44,546 bases of DNA from Dirinaria sp. TL-2023a (Eukaryota): NCBI GenBank assembly GCA_051941275.1, contig JAVEBF010000030.1, positions 1 to 44,546 on the forward strand, in the 5' to 3' direction. Below, piece by piece: positions 1 through 13,050 of the stretch. Position numbers and translations under genes: made by a program. The notes beneath the pieces are model-generated. The model had not been told where the DNA came from and did not search any database. It saw nothing but the letters and a program-made list of their open reading frames with translations. How positions within the stretch are numbered: the stretch's first letter is position 1; the number at the start of each line of letters is the position of its first letter.

Positions 1-800
1 CCCCCCCAAAAACAAGAAAAAACCAAAAAAAGGTTTCATTTAGAACCCCTGCCCCGCCCCTCAAAAAGACGACAGAAGATCGTTCGTCCGTTCGAAAAAA
101 TGTTTCTTGCCTCCCATCCCAGTAGATAAATCGATTTAAACACAAAAAAACCCCGCGTGCATGCGTGCGAACAAAAAGAACCTCTCGAATCATTTCTGAT
201 CAGATATACTTACTCCTTTAATACCTGCATGCATGATTCCAGCTCGCTCGCTCAATCTACCCGTTCGGGATCGTGATCGGGGTTTCAGAAAGTCGGGCAC
301 GGCGTGTCCGATTGGTCCCCCAAAGGGGGGGTGGGGTTTGATTAGACAGCTTGCCTGGTATGATGAAATCTGTATTTTTTTTGTAAAGACGGTCATGAAC
401 CTTCATCCCGAAGCATGTCTCCAAATCCCATCAAAAAAAAGCCGTACTACGCCATTATACTTCGTTCTGAAATAGGGTTGAGTCACTAGTATCAATCGCC
501 TAGTGTAGCGCCAAAGTTTAGCTGATAGGAGGACCGAGCTTGTGCGATGACATGGTGTCGATCCTGAGGGCCCAGGCGCTAGAGGAAGGTTATTTTTTTA
601 TTTTTTTTTCTTCGAAAGAACGTATGTTGGTGGTGGTTGTGGCGGGGGAACGAGAGGAGGTAGACAGGTAGGTAGGGAGAGGGGGATATCTGGAAAGAGA
701 GGGGTTGGGAGAAAGGACGGAAGGCTTCTATTCTATATAACATTAATTTTTTTTTTTCTTGGGCTATACATACTAACCCGTCTCTACCTCACAGCGTTTC

Positions 801-2227
801 CTATCGCTTTTTCCCCTTGCCCCCCGTAACCAAGACCACAAGCACCAAAACCACCGCGCAGAGCGCAGCGTTACTCCATTGCAGAACGCGCCACCCCGCC
901 GCCACCCTCACGAACCCCGCATACAGCGGCCCAACCAGTCCTGCCGCAGCGACCACGAGATTCACAAGACTATACGCTCGCCCGTACGCTCCGTTGCCGC
1001 CGAAGCGACCTGGTCCTTCTTTCTCCATCTGCTCCACCACCAGGCTCACCTCCACCTGCAGTGGAGGCAGCGCGAGCGCGAACGCTAGACCCAGGAACAC
1101 GATCAGGATTGCTAGTTTGGGGATCGGTGAGGATGTGTTTTGTGAAATGAGAGATAAAAGGGTCAGCGATGGGACCGCGAGGGTCAGCCCGACTGCGGTG
1201 GGGAACCGGGGTCCGAAGCGGTCTGTGACTGAGCCCAGGAGAGGCGCGAGGAGCATCGGCATTGCGAGAGCGACGAAGAGAGCCGCGGCCTGCGAGGAGT
1301 GCAGATCGAATGTGGCCCGGAGGTAGGGGGTCAGGATCGAGTCGAAGCCGCAGGCGATGCCGTTTAGGACGAAGAGCCCGATGAGGGCCACGATGAAGCG
1401 GGGCGAGGTGAGGAGCGCTTTGTAGGCGTTGACAGGCTGGGAGTTTGTGTGCGCCTCAGAGTTTAATAGTGGTTGTGACTCGGCTGGTGTCGCAGTCGGA
1501 GGAAGATGGTCTGTTGTTGGTGCCTCTATAGACGATGCTTTGTGTGTGGTAGCTTCAGGCGATGGAGATGCTCGCTCGTTTTCTCCAACGATCATCATTC
1601 GAAGAATCACCTCCAGAACTACCAGTCCAAACACGGGACAAAACACCGAGAAGTACCCGCAGTACTCGTAAAGAAACCCCCCGACTACAGGCCCGCTCAT
1701 CAACCCAAGGCTCAGCGCGATACTCGTGTATCCCATTGCTTTCCCCAATTGCTCAGGTCCTACTACGTTGGTCAGGAGAACGTATCCGACTGTGGTTACG
1801 ATGGCGGTAGAAAAGCCTTCCAACAGGCGGGCCGCGAGCAGGACCCACAGATTCGTGGCGAGGGCGAAGAAAAGGGTCGAGAGGAAGACGATTACCAGGC
1901 CAGATACGAACAGCGCGCGGCGCGAGGGGATTATATCACCGACGTAGCCGAAGAGCACTGATCGATGAGATTATTAGAGATTTTTGGAGTTCGTATTCTA
2001 AGTGAATAGCCCGTACAGGATCCCACCATAAATGCACCACCAAACGCTGACGATAGAATCGAAGTCCATTTCTGTATCTCTGACTCTTTCTGCAAACCAA
2101 TTCGTGAGTGAAGAGCGTAGGGTAACACGGGGACAACGAGATTCTGTAGCAAGATGTCTGTGAAGATAGCAACGGAGACGACGAAGGTGGTGAATGCCTT
2201 CGAGGTACGCAATGAGCGGGTCAACAT
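801..2227 (-). CDS. MFS transporter (DHA1 / vesicular amine transporter-like), 2 exons (2227-2017, 1957-801)
   Basis: N-terminus LRTSKAFTTFVVSVAIFTD...VPVLPY; MFS motif A-like GYVGDIIPSRR and GSVTDRFGPR; ARLLEGFS; many hydrophobic helices. Intron 2016-1958 (GTACGG...CTAAT...CAG) joins the 1931-2227 and 801-1958 ORFs in frame. Confidence 0.92.
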
Positions 2228-3922
2228 TTTTCAAACCTTCATGCAAATTTGACATGGCAGAATGAACGATCATATATATTGCTAACGCTTGACATGATGG
2301 AGGTTAATCCTAGCGCCTCAGCTTACGAAGGGCGAGGCTCTTAGTTCGGTGGATTGATGGGCGCATTGCTAGACTTTTTCATGCAATTTATATCAGCGGA
2401 GCATGCACGCCTTAGCATAGTCGATATTGGAGACTTTACTCCGAGAATAGCTGAAGCCAATGGTTCTAGCATCATGGCTTGGCTCGGTTATTGTTCTAGC
2501 CAACGACTGGCCCCGCATGCTGCGCCGGGCTTGTCCGACAAACCCTATGAAGGCCGCAATCCTTGGGTATCGGTCGCTCTAAATTCACGGCGACGTAGGG
2601 AGAAGCCAGAGAATGGACGATCAAGCCAAGGTAGGCTTCCGAACGCCTTTTCTCGCTTTAATTGTTTGGCGCACTTTTTTAGCCTTGACTAAAGCCTTCT
2701 TCGGGTTTTGAGATCTCGCTTATCTCGCAAATTGTGCCTTGTTATGCGAAGCTAATTGTTTCCGCGCATATGCACCTAGATCTAGGTCATATCGGATGGA
2801 ATTCCTGTCATCCAGCACTTCTTGCCACTCATGCCTTCTCGATTTAGGAAAATTGCTTTGCGTTTTGCAGAGTGGCTAAGTCCTATACTGCCTTGATCGT
2901 GACATCACACTTGGAAGAATATTTCGTACAATCACCGACGTTCTAGGATTTTGCATCTTGATCTTGAGTCTAGACCTTTTTTTTCCGTGCTCCGCATCGA
3001 AGCGGTGGAATTCGTTTGAATGCTCCTTCGAAGTCTTTCGGCTGTTCTAACGCGGAATGGTTGTATTATCCAAATAAGATATCCAAGTCTCATGTGGAGA
3101 TACCATGGCCTAAAGAATGAAGCGTCTGATGAAGATTTTGTTCGCTGGCACTGTTTCGTCCACTGTAGTCGATACATCGTCTCCTGGTCTGCAGAACTGA
3201 CCTGGCCACTGAATTCTCTTAATCATCTGCTAAAGTACTCTGCATTGACCCAATTCGACCTCGAGTTCAGCCAAAGAGTGGCCGCACGAATGCTTTTGCA
3301 TTTGCTGCCGGACGTAGCATCTGGCTACAAAGGGGCTGTTTCGTCGAGGTAGTACTGTATATCTCCGAGCTTTATAGCGGACTTTTCCCAATTGTAAGAA
3401 TAGGCGAAGCCGATGCCTTGTGAAAAGTGGTGCAGTATCCTCATTCCGGGGAGATCGACGATCAGGTGTAGATTATGGGTATCGAAGTAGGGCTAATTGG
3501 GAGGGTGGAGGACAGGAAAATAGCGAGCGTTGGAGACATTGTTCACTCAATGTAGCTTATGAAGCTCATCGACCTCGATCTTCCGATACAGATCTTGGTC
3601 CACGTTACTGTTGGCTGCCACATTATAGGTATACTGAGGATATCCATTCGGTCGGTAAGGTTTATACAGTGTGGTTGCAGGATTCTGAATTTGTTTCCAT
3701 TAGCGAGGATGAACACTTTTGGAGAGGACAGTCCTGTGCCTATCAGTTTAAAAGCACCTCGGCACCTCGGCATCTCGGCATCTCCCGGTTGCTCTGGACA
3801 ACCACAACAGCTTCCTTGGAACACCTCTACTCTACACTCCTGAGGATACCACTGGTAACTTGTTCTGCAATGTGCATATTTCATCCTCCAAATCCTCACG
3901 TACCAAGTCGCATCAATTCGCA

Positions 3923-5587
3923 ATGCCGACATTACTTGGGGATGATAAATTCGAGTCTAAATTAAGTGCCCTTAAAGCGCCTTCTGCAGCGTCCAGTCGA
4001 AAATCCGTCCTCTCGTGGGTCGAGAACCTTCCTCCGCCTGAGATCGACATCGAAAGTACCTCATCAGCCATCACAAGCACCAAAAAGCGTAAAAAAGCTT
4101 CTCTTACGCCAATCTTGAACGACCGAGTATTGCGCCCGTGCCGACAAGGCCCAGCAGCAAAAGAAATAGATGCAAAACAGTCCCTCAAGAAGCAGGGAGC
4201 GGGGAGACAACGAGGTCGACCTCTAGAATCGCGGGGTCTGGCGGGTAAGGAAAAAGCGAATAAGGATGAACATGAGCATACAGAAGAGGATATCGAGGAT
4301 GTAGACGCTACACCACGACCTGCTCGTGGGAGAAAAGTGGCCTGGAAATCGTCCTCCTTGCAACCCAGCTCCGAGGACAGCAGCAGCAGATCTACCCGTA
4401 GCCCGATGAAGATGTCACGTCTGCGGGGCCTCAAGACCCCGCACAGCTATGAGTTACTCCATAATGTATTCGTTGTCGATGCAATGCATCCGTTGTACAA
4501 GATCGAGGCACTCTTGAAAGACTTGGAACGTATCTCAGAAGGCACCGCTGTTGTTCCTGAAGCTTTGAAAGTATTGTCGACTCTGTCACCCGCTCTACAT
4601 TATGCGTCTGCTAATCTCCCAACGCTAGTTTCTACGCGAGGATCCAAAGACCGGGGACGCATTCGAATTTGATATGTCTTTTGATGCAACTCCTGGGCGA
4701 GATTCGTGGGGAAGAACGCCGGATTTAGGCTCTGTAATGCATATCCGTGACTTAACCCAGAGATGTCAGACGAGACAGGCTCATGAGCCTGACTGAAATT
4801 GCTATGTCCATGCGCGTATTTTGGATATGGCACATACACTGTCACGACACGGGGCCGGGCTGGATATTCCTAATATGTAAGGCTGCACTCCCTCGGTAAC
4901 GAGTCTACGATAATATGTTAATGACCACCTTAGTACTATGACGCGCATAGAACCCAAAAATTTAGCTTCCGAAGGGATAGACGATTCTATCATCAAGGGG
5001 GAAATGGTTGACTTCGCCATTGTTCTGCAGTCATCTGAGCGACTTAGAGAAGGGCTTCGAAACCTAGACCCTGTTACTGGCAGCAGCGTCGCTAGTTACA
5101 ACCAAACTTCAGACAACACTATCGTATATCGGCCCATCGCTGTCAGCATCGCAACCAACGCCGAGGGGGTCGGTTTTAATCAGGAGCTCATACGAATGTC
5201 TATCTGGACCGGTGCGCATTTTAGACGACTGAAGCTGCTCGCTCAGTCCCGTGGTCACAAAGTCAGCAGATCCATCGAGATGCCTATTCTGCCTCTTTTA
5301 CTCGTTGACGGTGTGACGTGATTATTGTTCGCAGCGTCGCTGGGTGATAAAGGTCCAGTGAGTTCTTCTATCGGGAATGCTTCTGTCGTCTCGCGAATTC
5401 ATGTTAGGTCCTATGGCGAATGTTTGAGATTGGCCGCTCCGATGACCTTGTCGGGATTTACCAGATCATTGCGGCCTTGCAGCGGCTAATGATCTGGGCG
5501 GAAACAGAATACCGGGCATGGTTCGAGACAAATATGGTGCCTCTTACTCCAGAGCAAGAGAAGCTCTTGAAGCGACCTCCCAAGTAG
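3923..5587 (+). pseudogene. Fungal PD-(D/E)XK nuclease-like gene with two in-frame TGA stops; exons ~3923-4570, 4629-4876, 4934-5357, 5408-5587
   Basis: Spliced translation gives family-typical blocks HEPD*NCYVHARIL, GEMVDFAIVL, SYNQT...RPIAVSIATN, SIWTGAHF, LLLVDGVT*LLFAA and IGRSDDLVGIYQIIAALQRLMIWAETEYRAWF. TGA at 4794-4796 and 5319-5321 fall where Trp is expected. The N-terminus is low-complexity and basic. Confidence 0.75.
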
Positions 5588-6241
5588 AATAATCAAGGCT
5601 GTGTGAGACCCATAGGGGGGAGATGCATGTTTAGTGCTGTAAGACATGTAGATAAATGACGAATAAAGAAAAGTAGTAACTCCCGGCATGCCAACCTCTG
5701 CCGGCATACTATCCTCCTCACTATTCATTTCCACCTATTAATGCCCAGAGCCAAACCTTCTCGTCTCCCTGCTCTGACAGAGTGCGGGATTCGAGCCAAA
5801 ACGTTTTGACGAAGTGGCGATGGATCGACTCACCATGAAAGCGCCACTGTCAAATAGACGAATCGTTAATGTCAAAGACGTTAAAATAAAGGATGACTCT
5901 GGAATCCGGGTCCTGAGGCGTCGAGACGTGGGGAAGTGTTGTCCAATGAAAACGAATATATCTGATGATGCGGCCTCCAGCCCCAAGTGAATATCGTGTG
6001 TGATGTTGAAACGCGAGGCACGCTACGCTGTCCACTACGCTGTGCACTTCATAGATGCTTTGGCGAAGCTCTTGATGAGGTCGGGATTGAGTAAAATCCT
6101 CAAGCAGGTCACGTCGGTTCGCGAAGCAAGCGTATGATAGTCGCAGAATCACCTCCAATGCCGTGTCGCTCTTCCTGACTTATTTGACTTGATAGTTGAA
6201 CCATCACGAAGATAAGTGTATACTCCGCATTCGCTTCTGCA

Positions 6242-7015
6242 TCATGAACGTCGCCTGTTTATTATCTTTCCTTGCTCGGAGTTCTCTTTCACTGCACCTC
6301 CACTGAAAGAGGCCCTTCGCCTCGCAGAAAAACCATTTGGCAATGCTTGAAGTTGAGCGTCCTTTTCGATATATTGTACAACCCGCTTAAGCATGGTATC
6401 ATGTGCAGCACTCTTTCTGTAATGGCGTCGGCAGCATTAGCTGGTACGCGGCAGTAGCAGTAATGGGATGATTCGAAAATGAAAGGACCCATATTAAGAA
6501 AGTTGAGTTGTCAGCACGTACTTCAAGAACAGACTGTTTTGAATACTATTTAGCCTGCCCGTCAACACCGCCAACCTCGCCACCTTCTCTCCCACTTCAT
6601 CCTTCCTCATCAAAAACTGCACCCGTTTCCATAACCGTTCGGGCTCGCGCTCACTCCGTTTCAGCAGCTCATCCGCCTCGTAGAAAAGCCGGGTGCAGTC
6701 CCTCAGGAGCACTTGAACTTCTTCGAAGAGCAATGAATCGTAATAACTCACGCCTACGAGATTTCCGTCCGATGGGCCGTTGTGGTAATCGGAGAAGATG
6801 TACTCGGCCACACGATTGATCTCATGCTGGGTACTGCGCAGGTCCGCAATCAGACGACCGATCTGGGTCGGCGCAGAACGTGTCGAGGTGTGTAGAGCCA
6901 CGTAGGAGGCGAAGAGTCCCAGTGCGAAAGTGAGGATGCCGATGATGGAGGAGGTCGTTGATAATGGGCTATCGGTTGTCGGACAGCAGGTCGGTGTGGG
7001 GTATGGGGTTGTCAT
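6242..7015 (-). CDS. Small fungal protein with an N-terminal helical domain (HeLo-like / fungal N-terminal domain type), probably 2 exons
   Basis: DSPLSTTSSIIGILTFA hydrophobic start, then amphipathic helices (LWKRVQFLMRKDEVGEKVARL). A GTACGT...CTAAT...CAG intron after LFLK extends the frame to a TGA at 6242. Confidence 0.55.
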
Positions 7016-8409
7016 TGGCTACAGATCATACCGTCCATGGAGGCTACCTATCTAGATTGACTAGTCTCAGAAAGTGCTGTATTCGATAGCCGCCTCTGTA
7101 TGAAAATGCTCGTCAACTTGAGGGTCATGATGAACGCGGACAATACGTCTTATGCTGATTCCTGAGAGCTTTGCACCTTCCCTATGTACCTTTTTGAGTG
7201 GCTTGGCGTCCTTAGCGCTGTGAGGAATAAAACGCCCTCATACGGAGTACCTCCGTACATACCTTATGGAAGCAAGAGGGTCTGTACTGATCGTGATTAG
7301 TCAGCTCTCACCCCAGTACTCCGCATATTGGTGGAAGTCAGCCCCGCCTGTATCTTCCAATCATCTACATCTTGATTTGAAAATATCGGCCTTTAGCTGC
7401 GATCAGAAAAATAATATGCGGGGAGACTTGAAACGCTCTAGTTCGGGGAATTTTCTACCAATGGATGCTTAAGCGAAGGTTGGTGAAATGATATACCCCA
7501 GGAATATTCTTATTAGTGCGTGCTTGCGACCGCTTTTTTTGTACGTAAATGCCGATCCGCGAGTCAGGAACATCATCCTCACGATCGAAGTGATTTTCAG
7601 CTTGAATCGATCCGAGCTGATTCTGACTAGGTTCTTGGTAAATGATGGGGTGGCGTTGGATAGCGTTGGATAGCGGCCGTGTTTGGGAGTGATCCCTTCT
7701 AAGCCCAGCTTTTCCGAAAGTCAGCCGACTACTGTTCTGCTCTTACATATCGAGGCACTCAATGTGCGAGCCACCATGTTGACCTATACTTCCTTTTGTA
7801 TATCGTGGCGGGCTTTGAGGCTCTCTATAAGTTGGATCCTACACACGTTCCAAATTCTCGACGCACTTACAAATTAGAGAATTGCATTGGCCTACGCGAT
7901 TGCGCTGAATTCCCAAGTCCAGCTTCACAACAATGCACGGTCGAGAAAAATCGGACTGAAGCTAGCCGCTAGGTACAGGCTATGAGCCGTGTTCCTTCAT
8001 TGACAGTCATGGACATCCCTGACGGCATGATCCGTCGGCTCCACGAGGTACGCAATTAAAGCCACCCGTAACTGCATAGCATCAGAAGTCAAGGGTCCAT
8101 TGTCTTAAGCTCGTGTTGCCACGAGGTACGTAGATCAGAGCCAACGGTCAGGTCACTGGTCAGTGTGCTTTAGCGCAGCAACTATTCCCCTCGTCTTGCT
8201 ATCTCCAAAGAGCTATGGCTGCTTACAGCAGTGAGCGACAGTTAATCAATACCTCCACCCATTATTGATATAACTCTACAATCCTTCCTACCTTCACACA
8301 ATGCCTCCTTCTCTTCCTAGGAGAGACGGCCCCCTAACAGCTTCATTGTCGAAACCACACTGTACTGTTTCCGCAACAGGCTGTTTGTCAACATACAGAC
8401 CAGAACACT

Positions 8410-9906
8410 ATGGCGCAATCCGCTCTCATTGGAGAACCGGCTGCGACAGTGGAAGATTACTGGATTTGCAAAGGCCTTCTTCAGGCAATCGGTATGCCCC
8501 AAGCTGATCCTTGGAAAGGGGTACCCGTCCCGCCAGCAAGGCCTCCTCCTGGACAGTACCATAAAGAATCTCGTGCTTCCAGCGAACTAGCATCATACTC
8601 TACCTCGATCGTTTTTATGTGCATTATCACCTTATCGCGCCTCGGTCTTCGAGCCTTCAGTAAGCGAATGCGATGGGGCCTAGACGATTGGTTGATGTGT
8701 GTGGCCTTCGTGCGTATCACTTTCTGAGTGTCCCTTTCGTTCAGAAGCTAAACTTCTATGATTAGCTTTTTGCAATATCTTGGCCAATTTTGGGGATATG
8801 TAACGTGATCTACGGCGGTTCCGGTCATCACATGTACGACATCACTTACCATCAATACCGCATATTCAAGCTCCTTGGTACCTGTAAGCAGACGGTGTTC
8901 TACATGGCAGTGGCCTGGATCAAAATGTCTATAATTGCTTTCAACATGCGGCTTACCGGTCTAACATCACGACGTTGGTATGTGACTGTTCAAGCAACTG
9001 ATTCCGCCCCAAGCGATTTGCGATCTTCGGATCACATTTGAACTTAAGTATTACTTCAGACTGACTGAGATATTCTTTCAGGATGATTGTGCACTGGACG
9101 TTCTTCGCATTTATGGTCCTGTTTGCCATCCTTGCATTCACCTTCAATATGACCATCGTCCTCCCCACTCGCGCGAACTTCGATCTGGCCTTTGCCGGGC
9201 ACCTCGACTACCCTCCTCGAACAACTATGAACATATGGGGCGTATCGTACACTTTAATTGTGATACACATTGTGTCTGATGTACTTTTACTGTCATTCTT
9301 TGGCATCGTGTTGTGGAAGCTGCAAATGTCATGGATAGTCAAGATTCGATTGTTGATGGTTTTTGCAGTTGGCGCAGTTTCTTTCATCGCAGCTATACAG
9401 TGGGAGCTCGCTCAGAAGAAGCTCCTCACCGATCCAGTTTGTAAGTGAATCTTTTGGTGAGCATTCGCTTGACTGTTATATCTGACAATGGGCTGTTAGG
9501 GAATATTGGCCACCAGATTGGATGGACGTTGACAGATCTAACCGCCGGCCAGACCGTCGCATCGCTACCAATTCTATCTTCAGTCCTTGTTCATGCATTC
9601 AAATCCGTCAAGAGTTCGCTTCTCTCGTTCTCAGGTGGTTCTTCACATTCTGCCGGTGCTTCTGGTCAGCAACACGTTCTAAGCGATTCCACTCCTTCCC
9701 GGCATCTGCGATGGCCCGGCCAGTCTCTGCTTTCGAAAACGGCGTACTCATTCGAAAGCCAGCAGGATGCATCAGATTTTGGAACAGAGACCAGTATCTA
9801 TGCCGAAACCCCTGGATGGGAAAAGCCACTTGGTCATGTGGAGGAGAAAGAGCAGCGGACCACTAGGGCAACAGTGAGGCATCAGAAGGAAGGCTACGAG
9901 TTGTGA
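8410..9906 (+). CDS. PTH11-like (fungal rhodopsin-domain) integral membrane protein, 4 exons (8410-8709, 8766-8977, 9082-9440, 9500-9906)
   Basis: RLGLRAF...WGLDDWLM, GSGHHMYDI, IKMSIIAFNMRL, HIVSDVLLL...LWKLQMSWIVKIRL, WTLTDLTAGQTVASLP; Ser-rich C-tail; canonical splice sites keep frame. Confidence 0.85.
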
Positions 9907-10767
9907 AATAGGATAGTCAGACCAAGTATGGAAGGTCGGAATTATGCAGGTGTCGGTATGCTCCGTCGAGTGTACGCCGGAAAAGCGGCTTGTAGATTAC
10001 AAGTTTTGATTTTCGCCAGGGAGACCGACCATCCATCCACGAGAAAACGAATTGAATCCCAGAATTCACTCATTTGGGCTACAGGGTCAAAGTTCCCGCG
10101 CAAATTGGAGTAGGCGACTATGGATGCCGATGTCTCCAATAAGACAGATTTGCTTCTTTACCTACGCTTTCTGATTTTTGCCTCGGATCATGCCACCCTT
10201 GGAAACCGATGTAGGTGCTGGCGCTTATTCGACTAGCGGCTCGCTGTAACCGATCAGGCTCAGACTTTCCGTCATCGATGAGGCGCGGAGTCGCTTCCTC
10301 TGATCATTCTCGATGGCTACTACTGCGGTTCTACCCGACGGCTTGGCTCAGACTCCAGCCTAGTTGGAGCCTATTCATAGAAAAGAAAACTTCCGAAGCG
10401 ACTAGGTCATATTATGATGATGTCGTGAAGCAAGGTTGCCCTTACCCGCCAAAGCTAAAGTATTTTGTCTTGCCTGCGAGCAAGGGCTTTCGCACATCTC
10501 TCTGGACGCTTCTTCGTAGTCCTTTGCATGCGCTTACGAATTTTTAGTCCGGAAAGTTTCTCAGACGCCGGAATGCGGCAGCAACGCGCTCTCCAGCGCC
10601 TCTCTAGGGCCTCTCATGGGTCCTCTGTTTCCTATAAAACCGTGGAATGGTTCCAAGTATTCCATTGCCATCTCGACATACACCTGAACTTTCTCCACCG
10701 TCGTTCAGTCATTGATCTTCACTTCAAGCAATAAGCTTCTATCATCCTGAACAACCCCGCTCGCAAA

Positions 10768-11451
10768 ATGCAATACTCTAAGCTCTTCTCCATCTCCTTC
10801 CTCATCGCTGCTGGTCTTCTGCCTGGGATCAGTGGTGCCTCGGTCAACGGCACCTCCTCAGCGAATCCCGCCAGTAACGATGCTGACGCCATCACCGCCA
10901 TCAGCCAGCTCCTATCCCTCTTCAGCATCACACTCGACACCAAAGACTTCAGCGCGCTAAGGGGCGTGTACGCCTCGAACGCCATCCTAGGCGGGGACGG
11001 CGCGGCCCAAAACATCACCGGCATCTCCGCCATCGAATCCTTCTATCGCGCCCAATTCGGCAACGCCTCCGTCTCAACACAGCACACTTCCGACACCGTC
11101 TACGTGTCCGACGTCACCGCCACGTCGGCCCGGTCGGTCAGTTACGGCAACGCGTTTTATTTCGGGCCGAAGGTACTTGAGAGGGGCGGTCAGATGTTTT
11201 CGAATCAGTCGGTTGTTTTCAGAGAGAGGTTCGATAATAAGTATTCGAAGGGGGAGGATGGGTGGAGGATTTCGCTACAGACTGGGCCAACGGTTTTGGT
11301 ACGTTTTCTTTTTCTTTTCTTTTCTTTTCTTTTTTTCTTTTTGGGATTTTTAATTGATTGTGCATGTATGACTGATACGTTCGATTGATTGAAGGCCATT
11401 GAAGGCGATACTTCACTGATCGCTCCCCCGCCACCTCCCGGCCAGGACTGA
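10768..11451 (+). CDS. Secreted SnoaL/NTF2-like fold protein, 2 exons (10768-11298, 11395-11451)
   Basis: Signal peptide MQYSKLFSISFLIAAGLLPGISG; AISQLLSLFSITLDTKDFSALRGVYASNA, TQHTSDT, RFDNKYSKGEDGWRI. The T-rich intron starts GTACGT at 11299 and has a weak AAG acceptor. Confidence 0.78.
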
Positions 11452-13050
11452 GTAGCTGACTAAGCCAACCTGCTCCATTTGTGAATCAAGCGGAGAGGGC
11501 TAATGTTACGTCACGAACTCGGCCAAAAAAAAAAGTGGTTATTGTAAGTTGCCAAAGGGCTGTTCGAATTACATATTGTCAGATTTTGATGATTTGGAGA
11601 CGAATTGGACCTATGTGTGTGTATTGGTGCTCAATTGCCTAAACATGAAAGGAAGAACTTTTGTGAACAGTGAATACACAGGGTCTGCTGTCTATGCATG
11701 CGACAGCCTGTCGTATTGTAAAATGGTCAAAAACGTGAAAATGTGGAGGATCTCGAGCTTTCGCATACCGAACCGTGGCATCGCCAGTAACCTTTCTGGG
11801 GTGCTACCGATGGCTCATGGACTGGCATTGATGAAAGCCCTTCACTCGGTAGGTTGCGTCTCGTCGGCGGCAAAACAAGCAACAAGTTTAATAAGGTACT
11901 CATTTACTCCCAAAGCGTACCTTAAAGTACTTTAAGGTCTACAGTATGATAGAACGCGGTCCGATCTGATGCCGTGCCTCGGTTCTTCAACATATCTGGA
12001 TATGTCACTTTCCATAAGCAATGACAAGACACTATTAATTGTACATTGGAGGTAAGGTAGTCGCGATGTCATCAGGTCAATGTGCACATATGTCATGCCA
12101 ACATGCGCACACGATGGCTCTTGCCCATTAATGATGACATTTGCACACTCAATAAGGCATCCAGGATGATCAGGTCATCAGGTCAATGGCGCGCACATAA
12201 CGGTAAGCCATGCTTGCATGTGCAGCAATAGCATCGATGGCCTCAAATGCACGCACCAGGGATGGCATCAAGACCTGACACACTTGACACCGGCTTCTAG
12301 GCACTTCCTTCTAGGCAAGCTATGTACCTGAAGGAAAACGCGCTCCGACTCCATCTTGTATTAATTAGAAACAATTCCTATTTGTCTGGAGTGATTTCCA
12401 CTGCTCACGTTGCTGAAGCATAACATAATATCACACGGTTTAGATCAGCGTAAGTGCTACATTTAATATATGCGAAGCCAATCGTCACTCAAAGTAAATT
12501 CAGTTGGTAAGTTTGAATCTCGCTGATTACATCGCTGAAGGAAGCACAGGGTTGATTGCCAGCTGTAACCCACCCCAATCAAACAATGAAGAGACAAAGC
12601 TGGGCTACATTAGTCAGCTTCTTTCCTTCATGGTAGTCCATCTCCGTCCTTTCTTCCATTCCAAGCGAGCCAAGACCTGCTCCTGACACTTTTCTGTATG
12701 TTGCAAGCCTAAGGTACTAGTACTTTACTTCCAAACCTTCTCCCAGCCTTCCCACTTTCTCCAATCTAAGACTGCGACCGCATATTGCAGCAAAGCAGCG
12801 CCTTGTTAGATTCAGAACCCGAGTCGAATGAAGTATTGACTCAGCAACTAGCGTTCCCAGATGATTCCTGCAGCTCTTGTAACATTGAGCATAGGTTCAT
12901 AGGAATCTTTCCGTTAATATCCAGTTAGTCCGGAATCCTACTGCATCTTTCCTAGAAGCAACGCTCAGTGGAAGCTAACTATCAGTGGCACGTACCGTAG
13001 CAGCAGTCCTTAAGCCACAGTTTTTCCAAAAGCTGCCAACAGCTGCCACC

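Noticed and set aside
1..800. Possible 3' end of a gene in the homopolymer-rich start of the window
   Set aside because: Many A/C/G/T runs suggest low-complexity or error-prone sequence; no consistent frame or motif.
817..1961. Several plus-strand ORFs overlapping the MFS gene (similar antisense ORFs occur over the P450, FMO and acyltransferase)
   Set aside because: Shadow ORFs of coding sequence on the opposite strand.
5700..6180. Minus-strand ORF 5850-6158 with a protein-like continuation past its stop
   Set aside because: No ATG start or recognisable domain; it lies in the 3' region between two convergent genes.
7241..7257. Inverted repeat TACGGAG-TAC-CTCCGTA
   Set aside because: Real but short; TACGGAGTA-type motifs are common in ascomycete intergenic DNA and nothing ties it to a specific function.
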